Below the pieces are notes generated by a model that did not search any database, had not been told where the DNA came from, and saw only the letters and a list, made by a program, of their open reading frames with translations. A DNA stretch of 20,000 bases, taken from the IMG/VR virus record IMGVR_UViG_2626542208_000008. One strand, 5' to 3'. A program made the position numbers and the translations under genes. Shown here in pieces: positions 8,777 through 17,149 of this stretch. Source of the DNA: an uncultured virus (IMG/VR IMGVR_UViG_2626542208_000008) (lineage: Duplodnaviria > Heunggongvirae > Uroviricota > Caudoviricetes). Position 1 is the first letter of the stretch, and each line of letters begins with the position of its first letter.

Positions 8777-9685
8777 ATGGCCGTGTATAAGTGTGCCGGT
8801 CGCAAGCGCCTTATCTCCGATGGAAGTCCCGCCTGTTCCTACCAATCCGAAAATCGTTGGATCGGACGATGTCCGGAATGCGGTGGATGGTACGATATCG
8901 ACGTGTTCGGGGTTCAGGTTACTAAAGCGAAGACGACACTTGCTTCCGCATCTACCATTACTGAGCACTATGCGACTGGAGAAAAAGAATTCGATCTGGT
9001 GCTTGACGGCGGTCTCGTTAAAGGACAGACGATTCTTTTTGGAGGTATGCGCGGCGCCGGAAAGACATCATTTTTGATCAAGCTCGCGGCCCTGGTCGCG
9101 TCGGCGAAGCGACCGGTGATCTATGCCTCTGGTGAGCAGAACGCCAATGACATCGGACAGTTTGTATCGCGAATTCCAGGTTCGTCTAGTGAATATGTCG
9201 AGCTGATGGGGAACGCCAGTGAGGTACGCGATATCACTGAACGTGCCGAAGAGATCGGCGCCTTTCTCACCATTTACGATTCGCTCCAAGTCATGCATGC
9301 AGGCGAGTCAAAGGGAACTGAGGGTTCGTCGGCACAAGGTATTGCGATTACAAACATTGTGACCAGTCATTGTAAACGTACAAAACAGTGCGCTATATTG
9401 ATCAACCATTTGAGTAAAGCCGGAGAATTTGCCGGTTCTGAAACCGTCGCGCATCTTGTTGATACAGTGATTGGATTCCAGTTTTGTTTTCTAGAAAATG
9501 AAGACGAAGAGACAAGTAAAAGTTTTCCAAAACGTTTTCGTCTTGGTGGTGAGAGTTACAAGAAACTTAGGTGCATGTATTCGGAGAAGAATCGTTACGG
9601 AAGTACGAGCTATTCTGGATATTGGGAGATGACGAAAACTGGGTTAGTAGAGGTGCGGCGAAAGTCAAAGTTGGAGATTGTTTAG
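8777..9685 (+). CDS. radA: RadA/Sms-like recombination ATPase lacking the C-terminal Lon-like domain
   Basis: N-terminal Zn finger (YKC...CSYQSENRWIGRCPECGGW), Walker A GMRGAGKT, YASGEQ, IYDSLQ, HLSKAGEFAGSETVAHLVDTV, and RadA signature KNRYG (cf. KNRFG). Only 302 aa. Confidence 0.87.
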   Translation: MAVYKCAGRKRLISDGSPACSYQSENRWIGRCPECGGWYDIDVFGVQVTKAKTTLASASTITEHYATGEKEFDLVLDGGLVKGQTILFGGMRGAGKTSFLIKLAALVASAKRPVIYASGEQNANDIGQFVSRIPGSSSEYVELMGNASEVRDITERAEEIGAFLTIYDSLQVMHAGESKGTEGSSAQGIAITNIVTSHCKRTKQCAILINHLSKAGEFAGSETVAHLVDTVIGFQFCFLENEDEETSKSFPKRFRLGGESYKKLRCMYSEKNRYGSTSYSGYWEMTKTGLVEVRRKSKLEIV

Positions 9686-10119
9686 CCAGGAAGGGGTAGT
9701 GACGACGCCGGCTGCGGGACCCAACGCCCCTTCCACTTCGCCCTAAGCTCTGCCAGACGTGCGGCGCGGTGAGCACGAAGGTCTGACTTGGTCATTTTCG
9801 ATCCACGTCGTCGATGCGACCGAGCTTTCCGCGGATAGAATCCGCGACGCATGGCTGCCCGCATATGGGCTTCTACCCGCGAGGCTCCACTGCGACGGCG
9901 AGACTTCTTTCGACCACGACCGCGGCGACTCTTCCGCTTCTTGCGGTGCCCACCGCCGCGCCGCTTGCGCCGCAGCGCCGCGCGGGCCTTCTTGATATTG
10001 CGACGCGCCGCCGCGCGCTGCTTGGCGGTGGTACGACGACGCGTACCGGTCTTTCGACGACGCGTGGTGGCCCTCTTCTTCCGACGCGTGGTGGCCCTCT
10101 TCTTCCGACGCTTAGCCAT
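9682..10119 (-). CDS. Protamine/histone-like highly basic protein (candidate DNA-condensing core protein)
   Basis: About 63 of 145 residues are R/K by hand count, with 3 acidic residues. SD AAGGAG upstream. Its stop overlaps the convergent radA stop. Confidence 0.75.
   Translation of the reverse strand: MAKRRKKRATTRRKKRATTRRRKTGTRRRTTAKQRAAARRNIKKARAALRRKRRGGGHRKKRKSRRGRGRKKSRRRSGASRVEAHMRAAMRRGFYPRKARSHRRRGSKMTKSDLRAHRAARLAELRAKWKGRWVPQPASSLPLPG
10058..10111. repeat. 24-bp tandem repeat encoding RKKRATTR units
   Basis: CGACGCGTGGTGGCCCTCTTCTTC at 10058-10081 and 10082-10105, plus a partial third copy. Confidence 0.9.
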
Positions 10120-10387
10120 CTATAGCTCCTTGTTAGTTTGAAGATACCAGAAGACCGTACACGGCTCCTTGAAAGGATGCAACTTTTATTTTTGTGATTG
10201 GTGTTGAAGGAACAACAAGAAACGGCGATCTTACAATAACTGTGGTTTACGCACAGGGATCGTTATTTCGTCGAATGCGTGAATTTCTCTTCCTTCGCCG
10301 CGCGTGCGTCGCGTAGTCGTGTAAATCCAGCATTGCTTGCGCGTGTGCCTGACATCTTTACGGAAAAGAATCGCCCAATTTCGCGGA

Positions 10388-10999
10388 CTATGCAACTACA
10401 GAGAGTTCCTTTTTGCGCTCCAGGGCTTTGGAGAGGCGACGTCCCCAGTTCCACAAGTCAATGAGATTCGGTTTGGTTTGACCGAGAAGACAACGAACGG
10501 CGTGCGCAACGAATTGCGGTAGAGGACCGTAGACAGACAGCAAGTCGTCGTCACAGGCGATGATCTTTATCGCTTCTTTGTGCGTGTCTTTGGCGTCGAG
10601 TAATTGAATTGGTCGATCGCAGGGGGGTGCACAGTCAACGGGGTCGTTTGTCACGAAGTGGAGTCGGCAAGCCAGAGGACGTGCGGGATAGATGCGACAT
10701 CGTCCACTCCACGAGATGTCGCCAGGAGTCAGGAATGGACATTTCTTGTGTAGGTCATCAATTCGAACAGTGTTCTCTGATGCGGCGTCTAAGACTGAAG
10801 TGTCGGTCTCTCCTCGATGAACTAGGAAGTCGGCGATCGTGATTGCTTCCGCAAAAGTCATCCCGACGATTTGGTAGCAACACGCAGCACAGCCTTCTTT
10901 GCATGAAGCTACATTTGCGGTCAAATGTTCGATCTGTGGATCGATGCTGTTATAAACATAGCGTGTTCTACGTATGACAGCAGTTAGTGGTATGAGCAT
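10388..10999 (-). CDS. YkgJ-family (CxxCxxCC) cysteine-cluster protein
   Basis: SCKEGCAACC, CPFL and CRIYPARPLACR motifs. Confidence 0.88.
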   Translation of the reverse strand: MLIPLTAVIRRTRYVYNSIDPQIEHLTANVASCKEGCAACCYQIVGMTFAEAITIADFLVHRGETDTSVLDAASENTVRIDDLHKKCPFLTPGDISWSGRCRIYPARPLACRLHFVTNDPVDCAPPCDRPIQLLDAKDTHKEAIKIIACDDDLLSVYGPLPQFVAHAVRCLLGQTKPNLIDLWNWGRRLSKALERKKELSVVA

Positions 11000-11011
11000 T
11001 TTTTTTTTTTT

Positions 11012-11539
11012 TTAACGAAATGGTAACGAACCAGTTGCCCAAGCTACTAGCGATCTTCGCAGTCCTCGGATCACGGGGGTTATGCGATGCACCATGAAGC
11101 TAGGGAAGATGGCGATTGTGCCTTGTACTCTATCAACTGCCGGAGTGTTCCAAATCGCTAGATCACCACCGGCGTAGTCGTCTGACTTCGAGAGTTGTAC
11201 ACTTGCGGAAAGTTTTCGTAACGCTGTCGAGCCAGGTCCGATGTCTAGATGTGAATCATAACCGTCGCCTTCGCCGTATTCGGCGAGCTGTAAGCGTTCG
11301 TGTCCGATAAGATCGAATTTGAAGTAGGTTTGGTTCGCGTGATCGATCACGTCAGTGAGCTTCTTAACCAGTGCCTTTTTTTCGTTTGTATCGGCGGTGA
11401 GAAATGCGACTCGGCTTCGACGGACGCTCTGCACATTGCGCGGGTTAACGACGCCGCCTATTTGTCGTGGAGGAAAGTAGGAGATTGCGGCCTCACATTC
11501 CTCCGGGGAAAGAAGACCTGGAAGGACGTAGACACGCAC
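11012..11539 (-). CDS. 2OG-Fe(II) oxygenase (PKHD/prolyl-hydroxylase-like)
   Basis: HxD (HLD), RKLSASVQLS, YAGGDL, and FPSFMVHRITPVIRGLRRSLVAW carrying the distal His and 2OG-binding Arg. Confidence 0.92.
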   Translation of the reverse strand: MRVYVLPGLLSPEECEAAISYFPPRQIGGVVNPRNVQSVRRSRVAFLTADTNEKKALVKKLTDVIDHANQTYFKFDLIGHERLQLAEYGEGDGYDSHLDIGPGSTALRKLSASVQLSKSDDYAGGDLAIWNTPAVDRVQGTIAIFPSFMVHRITPVIRGLRRSLVAWATGSLPFR

Positions 11540-11955
11540 TACTGGTTGGCGCTGGCGAGGACCGGATCTTCAATTCCGAGGAGGTTTTGAAGCTCGTCGC
11601 GGTGCTTATCGAGCGTCACGTTACGCCATTCGCTGATCGACAAGAATAGCTCCTTCTGGATCTCTTGCGAGGACGCAGTGAGCTTCATTCCTGTCGGGCT
11701 TGCTGAGAATTCGATGATCTGGTCGAGATCGGTCTCGGTCAAATGTCTGGCGTAAACATCAGTGATTACTTTTTCGTACTCGTCCTTATGCGCGGAGAGG
11801 ATGCTCTTCACTTTCGTCAGGAATTGGTTTAGTTCAGCCGGCATCGAATCGTTGATCTGTTCCCCGTCCTTGAATCCCTCGAGCATGACGGCGTCGAGCA
11901 TCTTGTCAAACGAACCGGTCGTCATGTCCATAAGCCTGATTACTTTCTCGCGCAT
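11539..11955 (-). CDS. DUF2059-like protein
   Basis: VYARHLTETDLDQIIEFSASPTGMKL resembles the DUF2059 core (Y..hFT..EL..l..FY.Sp.G.K). Confidence 0.7.
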   Translation of the reverse strand: MREKVIRLMDMTTGSFDKMLDAVMLEGFKDGEQINDSMPAELNQFLTKVKSILSAHKDEYEKVITDVYARHLTETDLDQIIEFSASPTGMKLTASSQEIQKELFLSISEWRNVTLDKHRDELQNLLGIEDPVLASANQ

Positions 11956-11963
11956 CGTGGCTC

Positions 11964-12635
11964 CTATTTTTCGTCTTCGGTTAAGGCGTCAACAAAGCGA
12001 TGCATGGCTTTGCCGATCGTCGTTTTCTCTTGGTCGACGGGAAGTGGTTGGTTGATGAGGGCACTGGTGAAGCGAGAGAGGCGTTCGGAGAATCCGCGTA
12101 GTTCTGTTGTGTTAGCGGTGTTGCTGGCGGCGGCTGGCGTGGTGTTCGTCGTGATTGTCGGTTGCTTGAGAACGATCACCTCGAGCCGAGTGAGGATCTC
12201 TTTGTCGGATGGGTGTGTGAGAGGCGCGGCCTTTTTGATCGCGGTGAGTGCTTCCTCGATGCAGAGACGTTTCTCGATCGGGTCTTCGAGGTGTTCCGCA
12301 ATCTTTTTTGCGTGTGCCTCATAGAGCGGAGTCATCGGATCAGTCTCGATTGCTACCTTGTTGTCGTTAGGTGACGACGGCGCTATCGGTGCTGATGGCG
12401 CGAGTGGACTTTCACCGAGTTCACCGAGCGTGCGCAGCGTGCGCCGCTGTGCGCGGTCGGCACGTTTTTGTTCGGCTTGCGCGCGTAGTTTTGCTTCGTA
12501 GAAATCAACTTTGTCATATAGCCCCAATTGGACGATGTCTTTTGTAGACATGTCCAATTGACGCCCGATTGCCTTTGTTCTGCTGAGTAGATCAGCAGCA
12601 ATTCTGAGACTTATTAAGACTGTGCCTTGTTTCAT
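11964..12635 (-). CDS. Hypothetical protein with RHH-like N-terminus
   Basis: TVLISLRIAADLLSRTKAIGRQLDMSTKDIVQLGL fits an RHH pattern. First gene of a tightly packed minus-strand operon. Confidence 0.55.
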   Translation of the reverse strand: MKQGTVLISLRIAADLLSRTKAIGRQLDMSTKDIVQLGLYDKVDFYEAKLRAQAEQKRADRAQRRTLRTLGELGESPLAPSAPIAPSSPNDNKVAIETDPMTPLYEAHAKKIAEHLEDPIEKRLCIEEALTAIKKAAPLTHPSDKEILTRLEVIVLKQPTITTNTTPAAASNTANTTELRGFSERLSRFTSALINQPLPVDQEKTTIGKAMHRFVDALTEDEK

Positions 12636-12817
12636 CTGTATCGAAAAAGACTATCGTCTGAACACGTTTTTCGTCGCTGCCAAAAAATGTAACCACGCCA
12701 GCGCCAAAAGTTCAAGTTTTATGACTTTTCCCGTCGCTATTTGAGCAGTTAGAATCTTCGCAACAACCAAAAACGGCTTCGTGACGGCATCGAGATCCCG
12801 CCCGAGCCCAAGGAGAG

Positions 12818-13306
12818 ATGCCGATGTCGTTTCTGAGCAAGATGAAGAGCACCCTTCACCACCTCCCTCATGGGACTGCGGGCCGCAATTTGATGGGCGT
12901 CGCTGTCGATAAGGGAGAGCGCTACGGCGCGGCGATGGCGTACGGGTACGCCAAGGGGTACTACCACGATCGCTTCCTGTGGCGTGGCCATGGGCTCGAT
13001 CTGTGGTCGGGCATCGGGTTCACCGCGGGCTCGGTGTTGCTCAATGTTTTCTCCGGTGGTCGATCGCGGCTCGCCGATCATCTGGAGCGTGTTGGCGATG
13101 CCGGTATCATGTCGGCACTTGGCTCGATCGGTACCACTCTTGGTGCCCGCAAGGCGGGGCGCGTGGTGCAGGTGCTCAGTCCCGGCAAGAACGCAGGTAT
13201 GGGTCTCCCCGGCGCGAAGAAGTCGATCCTTGGGCATATCGCTCCCGCGATGGGCGGCTCGTATCTGAGCCCCGACGACATCGCGCGCTACGCCGAATCT
13301 CGGTAA
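12818..13306 (+). CDS. Gly-rich probable membrane/virion protein
   Basis: SD AAGGAG. Hydrophobic Gly-rich segments LWSGIGFTAGSVLLNVF and AGIMSALGSIGTTLGA. First gene of the plus-strand module. Confidence 0.65.
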   Translation: MPMSFLSKMKSTLHHLPHGTAGRNLMGVAVDKGERYGAAMAYGYAKGYYHDRFLWRGHGLDLWSGIGFTAGSVLLNVFSGGRSRLADHLERVGDAGIMSALGSIGTTLGARKAGRVVQVLSPGKNAGMGLPGAKKSILGHIAPAMGGSYLSPDDIARYAESR

Positions 13307-13313
13307 TTGAACA

Positions 13314-13490
13314 CGGAGGCGAGGGGGTGATTCCCGACGTCTCCTCCGAAGCACCGACGGCCGGGCGAGTCCGAGCCGGCGGGCAGTAACACCTCGATTG
13401 ACGAGAGAGCGGATGAGTCCGCGCTCGAGTTGATTGAGCCCGCTAGGGTTCCGTTTCGCAATCCTGCGAGCGGACCGGACGAAAAACGGT
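13314..13490 (+). ncRNA. Candidate structured RNA in intergenic/5' leader
   Basis: Multiple nested stems visible by eye (see findings). No family recognised. Confidence 0.4.
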
Positions 13491-13510
13491 TGATGAAGGA
13501 GAAGTAAAAC

Positions 13511-14074
13511 ATGAGTGATTTGGTGATTGGTGATGATGGCTGGACTGAGATCGTGGGGGAGCAGACCCGCGGCGGGACTCCGGCTTCGAATTCTCTGACC
13601 CCCGTCCTCGGCGACGGTGGGTACGACATCCTCGGCGAGTTGCTCGACAAGAGCCCCGCTTTTCGGCAGTACGCGGCGAAGAAGGCGGCGAATAGCCGTC
13701 CGATCACGCACCGGCAGCCGCTTCAGAAGGCCCGTGACTGGGATCTGTCCTTTGGGCCGGTCTCGGGTGCGGCAGGCACCACCACCGTCATCACCGTCGC
13801 GCCGCAGTGCCTCTTCCGCGGCGAGAAGGTGATGGCGACGGACACCCACACCCCGAACGGCACCGGGACCCGTATCACCCAGGTGCTCATCGGGCAGCGG
13901 CTCCAGCGACCCGCGACGGGCGGCGGTACTCTCACGCTGTTCTTCGCGAACAACTCGCTGGGCAACGGGATCAAGTGGGACACCTGCCAGCAGGCCCTCT
14001 CGATCTCGGTCACTGTCTCCTTCGTCCAGGCGTGTACCTTCGAGATGTCCGTCTTCGGCAAGGCTGTGGTCTGA
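13511..14074 (+). CDS. Beta-rich protein, paralogue 1; candidate single jelly-roll major capsid protein
   Basis: Strong SD AAGGAG and strongly GC3-biased codons. The ~115-aa C-terminal domain of alternating beta-strand pattern (RDWDLSFGP...PQCLFRGEK...IGQRLQRP...GNGIKWDT...ISVTVSF...FGKA) is repeated in two downstream genes. The capsid role is inference. Confidence 0.6.
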   Translation: MSDLVIGDDGWTEIVGEQTRGGTPASNSLTPVLGDGGYDILGELLDKSPAFRQYAAKKAANSRPITHRQPLQKARDWDLSFGPVSGAAGTTTVITVAPQCLFRGEKVMATDTHTPNGTGTRITQVLIGQRLQRPATGGGTLTLFFANNSLGNGIKWDTCQQALSISVTVSFVQACTFEMSVFGKAVV

Positions 14075-14126
14075 TTTTCTCGAAGAAAATCAAGGAGCTA
14101 GGTTTGCTGTTTTAGGAAAAGGTGTC

Positions 14127-14175
14127 AAAAGGGACCGGTTTTGTGGGTGATCACTAGGCCGGTCCCTTTTTCTTT
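14127..14175. terminator. Bidirectional rho-independent terminator
   Basis: AAAAGGGACCGG (14127-14138) pairs with CCGGTCCCTTTT (14159-14170), between convergent genes. Confidence 0.8.
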
Positions 14176-15264
14176 CTATTGGAAAATAAGTATAGGCTCA
14201 TACGGAGTAGCAGCGCGATTAATAGCAGCAAGGGGCATTCGGAGCGTGTCGATGTGACGGAAGCCACTTTCAATAGCAACGGAAATAGTCCGATCGATGA
14301 TCGGCACAGTATTATTTTTGATATTGGCAACATTAAGCGCCAAGAATCCGTCAATACTAAGTGCTATTCGTGCACGTTCGATTACCGGTCTAAGAAAACC
14401 TTCTATCCAGGCACTAAGCGATTGTCCGTGTTTTTTCCAGGATTGATTCTTGTTCTCGGAGTAGCATTCCCGATCGAAGTACGGGGGCGAAGTGAAGACA
14501 AGGTCGACTTTCGGCGGATCGAAGCTTTCTGCGGGACTCATGATCAGTTCGTGATTCGTGCCGAGAACTTCGGCGAGTTTTTTGTTTCCTTCGATGGTCG
14601 CGATTTCTACGTCGGTACCGATGTAGTGGACACCAGCAGCGAATGCACCGAGCAGACGACCGCCGTATCCCGCACAAGGGTCCCAAGTGACTTTCGAGCA
14701 GTAACGCGCATAGATGAATTTGGCTATCGAAGGCTTGAAAATAGTTGGTGTGCGACAGATGAGAGTCAATGCACGCAATATTCGATGCGGGGTGATCGGA
14801 TCGCCGCGTTTGATTTGGAAGCTAATTGCGCGACGCATGTAATGTTCATTGGTCCAAGCTTCAAAAGCAGAAATAGACCCTTTTCTAATGGCATTGTAGC
14901 GATTCGGAAAGAACGAAGCACAGGCACTAGCACCGACATGACTCCAGGGAGTAATTACCTTCTCCGAGGTAAGACCTATATTAATATTTTTCAAACGATT
15001 GATTTCTTTTTCAAATCTTTCGGGATCGTAGATTGGGAACGGAAAAGGCGTGCTGCTGCCGTTACCGATATTTGCGTCTGGAATGCTTCTAGTTTGAGAC
15101 GGGCGTCCTCGTTTTGGAATAATACCATAGGCTTTTACTTCTTTGACGATACGATTAATGGTGCTTCTCGAAACTCCATATTTTTTGACGAGCGCATCAA
15201 GTTTCAAGCCGCGAGAAATAGCAATGGCGATTTCATCTTTGTGATTTTTAGCGTAGGTCGTCAT
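14176..15264 (-). CDS. Amino (N4-C/N6-A) DNA methyltransferase with N-terminal HTH
   Basis: SAM-binding WDPCAGYGG and catalytic DLVFTSPPYF. N-terminal LVKKYGVSRSTINRIV HTH followed by KRGRP. Confidence 0.88.
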   Translation of the reverse strand: MTTYAKNHKDEIAIAISRGLKLDALVKKYGVSRSTINRIVKEVKAYGIIPKRGRPSQTRSIPDANIGNGSSTPFPFPIYDPERFEKEINRLKNINIGLTSEKVITPWSHVGASACASFFPNRYNAIRKGSISAFEAWTNEHYMRRAISFQIKRGDPITPHRILRALTLICRTPTIFKPSIAKFIYARYCSKVTWDPCAGYGGRLLGAFAAGVHYIGTDVEIATIEGNKKLAEVLGTNHELIMSPAESFDPPKVDLVFTSPPYFDRECYSENKNQSWKKHGQSLSAWIEGFLRPVIERARIALSIDGFLALNVANIKNNTVPIIDRTISVAIESGFRHIDTLRMPLAAINRAATPYEPILIFQ

Positions 15265-16089
15265 TCAGAACATCGCCAGGATAGTGTTAGCGATTTCGCG
15301 CTTTCGGTCGAGCGATACTTTCGCGTCCCCGTACAATCGTCTGATCATTTTGAGTGCAAGAGAATTCGCGATGCGAATTTGATAAATACCACTGGACGTC
15401 TTGTTGATATTGGTTTTGATGTCGTGCAGGCGAAGAAATTGCTGATAACTCAGCATGATCGGCATGTGTCCACAGAGGATCAGGTAGGGAGCACGATATC
15501 CTCGTCGTTTATCAAGATTAATTCCGAGCGTTCCGTCTCCGTCGATACAGCCTCGCCAAAAATGAACAGAGTCTTGAATCTCGAGAGAGGGACGGCGATC
15601 AATTCCTTTCTTGGCGACCATGCCGTAACGACGAAGAGCTGCGGTAACTTGTTCCGAACGAAATCCGAACGTCGCGGCGCACCTGATAGAAGCGCGGATG
15701 GCTCCCGGTGCTTTAGATCGATATTTTTTGTTGATCAATTTATGTGTGGATTTGCAGAAAATTTTGAATTTTTCGACATGCACGCGATCTCTGGCGGAGA
15801 GACAGAGAATGATCTGAGGAGTTCCGCCATAGCCAGTCGTGACGCAACCGTCAGCGAAGAGGAAGCCGAGCCAGTATTCGCTTTCTTCAGTCAAGGTGTC
15901 AAAAACGGTATGATCAACTTTGCACCAGGGAGGTCTTCCGGCCTTCGTCTTGATTCCGTGTTTACGGACGATGTTGGAAACCGACGATGGCGACAGATCG
16001 GCCAATCTTGCAGCTTCTCTTCCCGTCTTTCCTGCGTGCAGAGCGTCGAGAACGACGCGTTCTTGTTCTTCGCTGTGTTTAGTGATCAT
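15265..16089 (-). CDS. LAGLIDADG homing endonuclease with N-terminal HTH
   Basis: Two LAGLIDADG motifs, YWLGFLFADGCV and FWRGCIDGDGTL, plus C-terminal LYGDAKVSLDRK. N-terminal GREAARLADLSPSSVSNIVRKHGI HTH. Confidence 0.9.
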   Translation of the reverse strand: MITKHSEEQERVVLDALHAGKTGREAARLADLSPSSVSNIVRKHGIKTKAGRPPWCKVDHTVFDTLTEESEYWLGFLFADGCVTTGYGGTPQIILCLSARDRVHVEKFKIFCKSTHKLINKKYRSKAPGAIRASIRCAATFGFRSEQVTAALRRYGMVAKKGIDRRPSLEIQDSVHFWRGCIDGDGTLGINLDKRRGYRAPYLILCGHMPIMLSYQQFLRLHDIKTNINKTSSGIYQIRIANSLALKMIRRLYGDAKVSLDRKREIANTILAMF

Positions 16090-16163
16090 GCGTCAGAACT
16101 AGCAAGACCCAAATACGATGTCAAGCCAGTCTTTTCTAACGTGCACGACTGCGAGGTCACTTG

Positions 16164-17149
16164 ATGAGCAGCTCCGGAGATATCTTGGAGGAGGAACACG
16201 AAGGGTCTGTGGTAGACGCTCTTTCGTTGCTGGACGATTCTCCCGCCGGGCCGAGTTTCGGAGTTGGAACGCCGAACGACGAAGAGTCCGAGTTCGGGAC
16301 GCATGAGCCGGACTTCGGCGTGTCCGATGATGATGAAGGGCTTCCCATTCCGCCTTCTGCGGCAGGTGGCGGCGATCTCTATGAGTTCGGTGACGAGGAC
16401 CCGGACTTCGGCGACGAGATTCCCGGAGTCAACGAAATCTACGGGAACGAAGGTGAAAACGACGAGGAAGAAGGTCTTCCCATCTCGCCCTCTGCGGCAG
16501 GTGGCGGTGATCTCTATGAATTCGGTGATGAGAGTCCAGATTTCGGCGACGAGATTCCCGGAGTCAACGAGATCTACGGTGACTCTCCAAACGGCGGTTT
16601 CGAGCACCCACCTGCGGATGTCGCATTTGATCTCGCATTGCTGGCGAGCCAGGAACCGTCCGAAGATGACGAAACGGCCGCCGCCGAAGCCGTGGCGGGC
16701 GACGCGGCCGATGCCGATTATACGATTGGTGCCCCGCTCGTTCCTTCGCGCGNGCCGCAGATCACGCCGCGGTTGCGACGCGTAAGGAGAAACTCGAAAA
16801 GACGCGAGACTGGGATCTATCTTTTGGTCCTATCTGGGCACCGGCTGGACGCGAGACTACGATCACAGTTTCGCCGCAGTGCCTCTTCCGCGGCGAGAAG
16901 ATCATCGCGACCGATACCGGAAGCCCAAACGGACGCGGTACACGCATCATGCAAGTCGCGATCGGCAACAAGATCCAACGCCCCGCCGGACGCAACGGCT
17001 CGCTTACCGAGTTCTTCGCCAACAACGCATTGGGTAACGGGATCAAGTTCGATACCGCGCAACAGTGGTCCGATATCGCCGTGACGGTGAGCTTTATCCA
17101 GGAATGCACTTTCGACATGACTGTTCTGGGGCGAGCGGTCATTGACTGA
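16164..17149 (+). CDS. Paralogue 2: long acidic repeat-containing N-terminus plus the same beta-rich domain (frame broken at ambiguous base 16753)
   Basis: N-terminal frame from ATG 16164. After the n at 16753 another frame reads AADHAAVATRKEKLEKTRDWDLSFGPIWAPAGRETTITVSPQCLFRGEKIIATD...GNGIKFDT...LGRAVID*. The frame switch coincides with the n. Confidence 0.7.
16335..16579 (+). repeat. Intragenic duplication, ~110 bp x2, period 135 bp
   Basis: Copies at 16335-16444 and 16470-16579 encode EGLPI(P/S)PSAAGGGDLYEFGDE(D/S)PDFGDEIPGVNEIYG. Confidence 0.92.

Noticed and set aside
13409..13490. Hammerhead ribozyme (CGGATGAGTCCG...CGGACGAAA)
   Set aside because: The core reads CGGAUGA rather than CUGAUGA, the only stem III partner lies inside the would-be stem II, and no stem I can be formed.
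12749..13849. 366-aa minus-strand ORF
   Set aside because: It is the antisense shadow of two plus-strand genes with good SD sites; Arg-rich and motif-free.
14100..16160. Group I intron or intein hosting the LAGLIDADG gene
   Set aside because: The gene is antisense and intergenic, the flanking genes are intact, and no intein termini or intron core were recognised.
16740..16765. Programmed frameshift or pseudogene in paralogue 2
   Set aside because: The frame change coincides with the ambiguous n at 16753 and there is no slippery sequence; an assembly gap is the simpler explanation.
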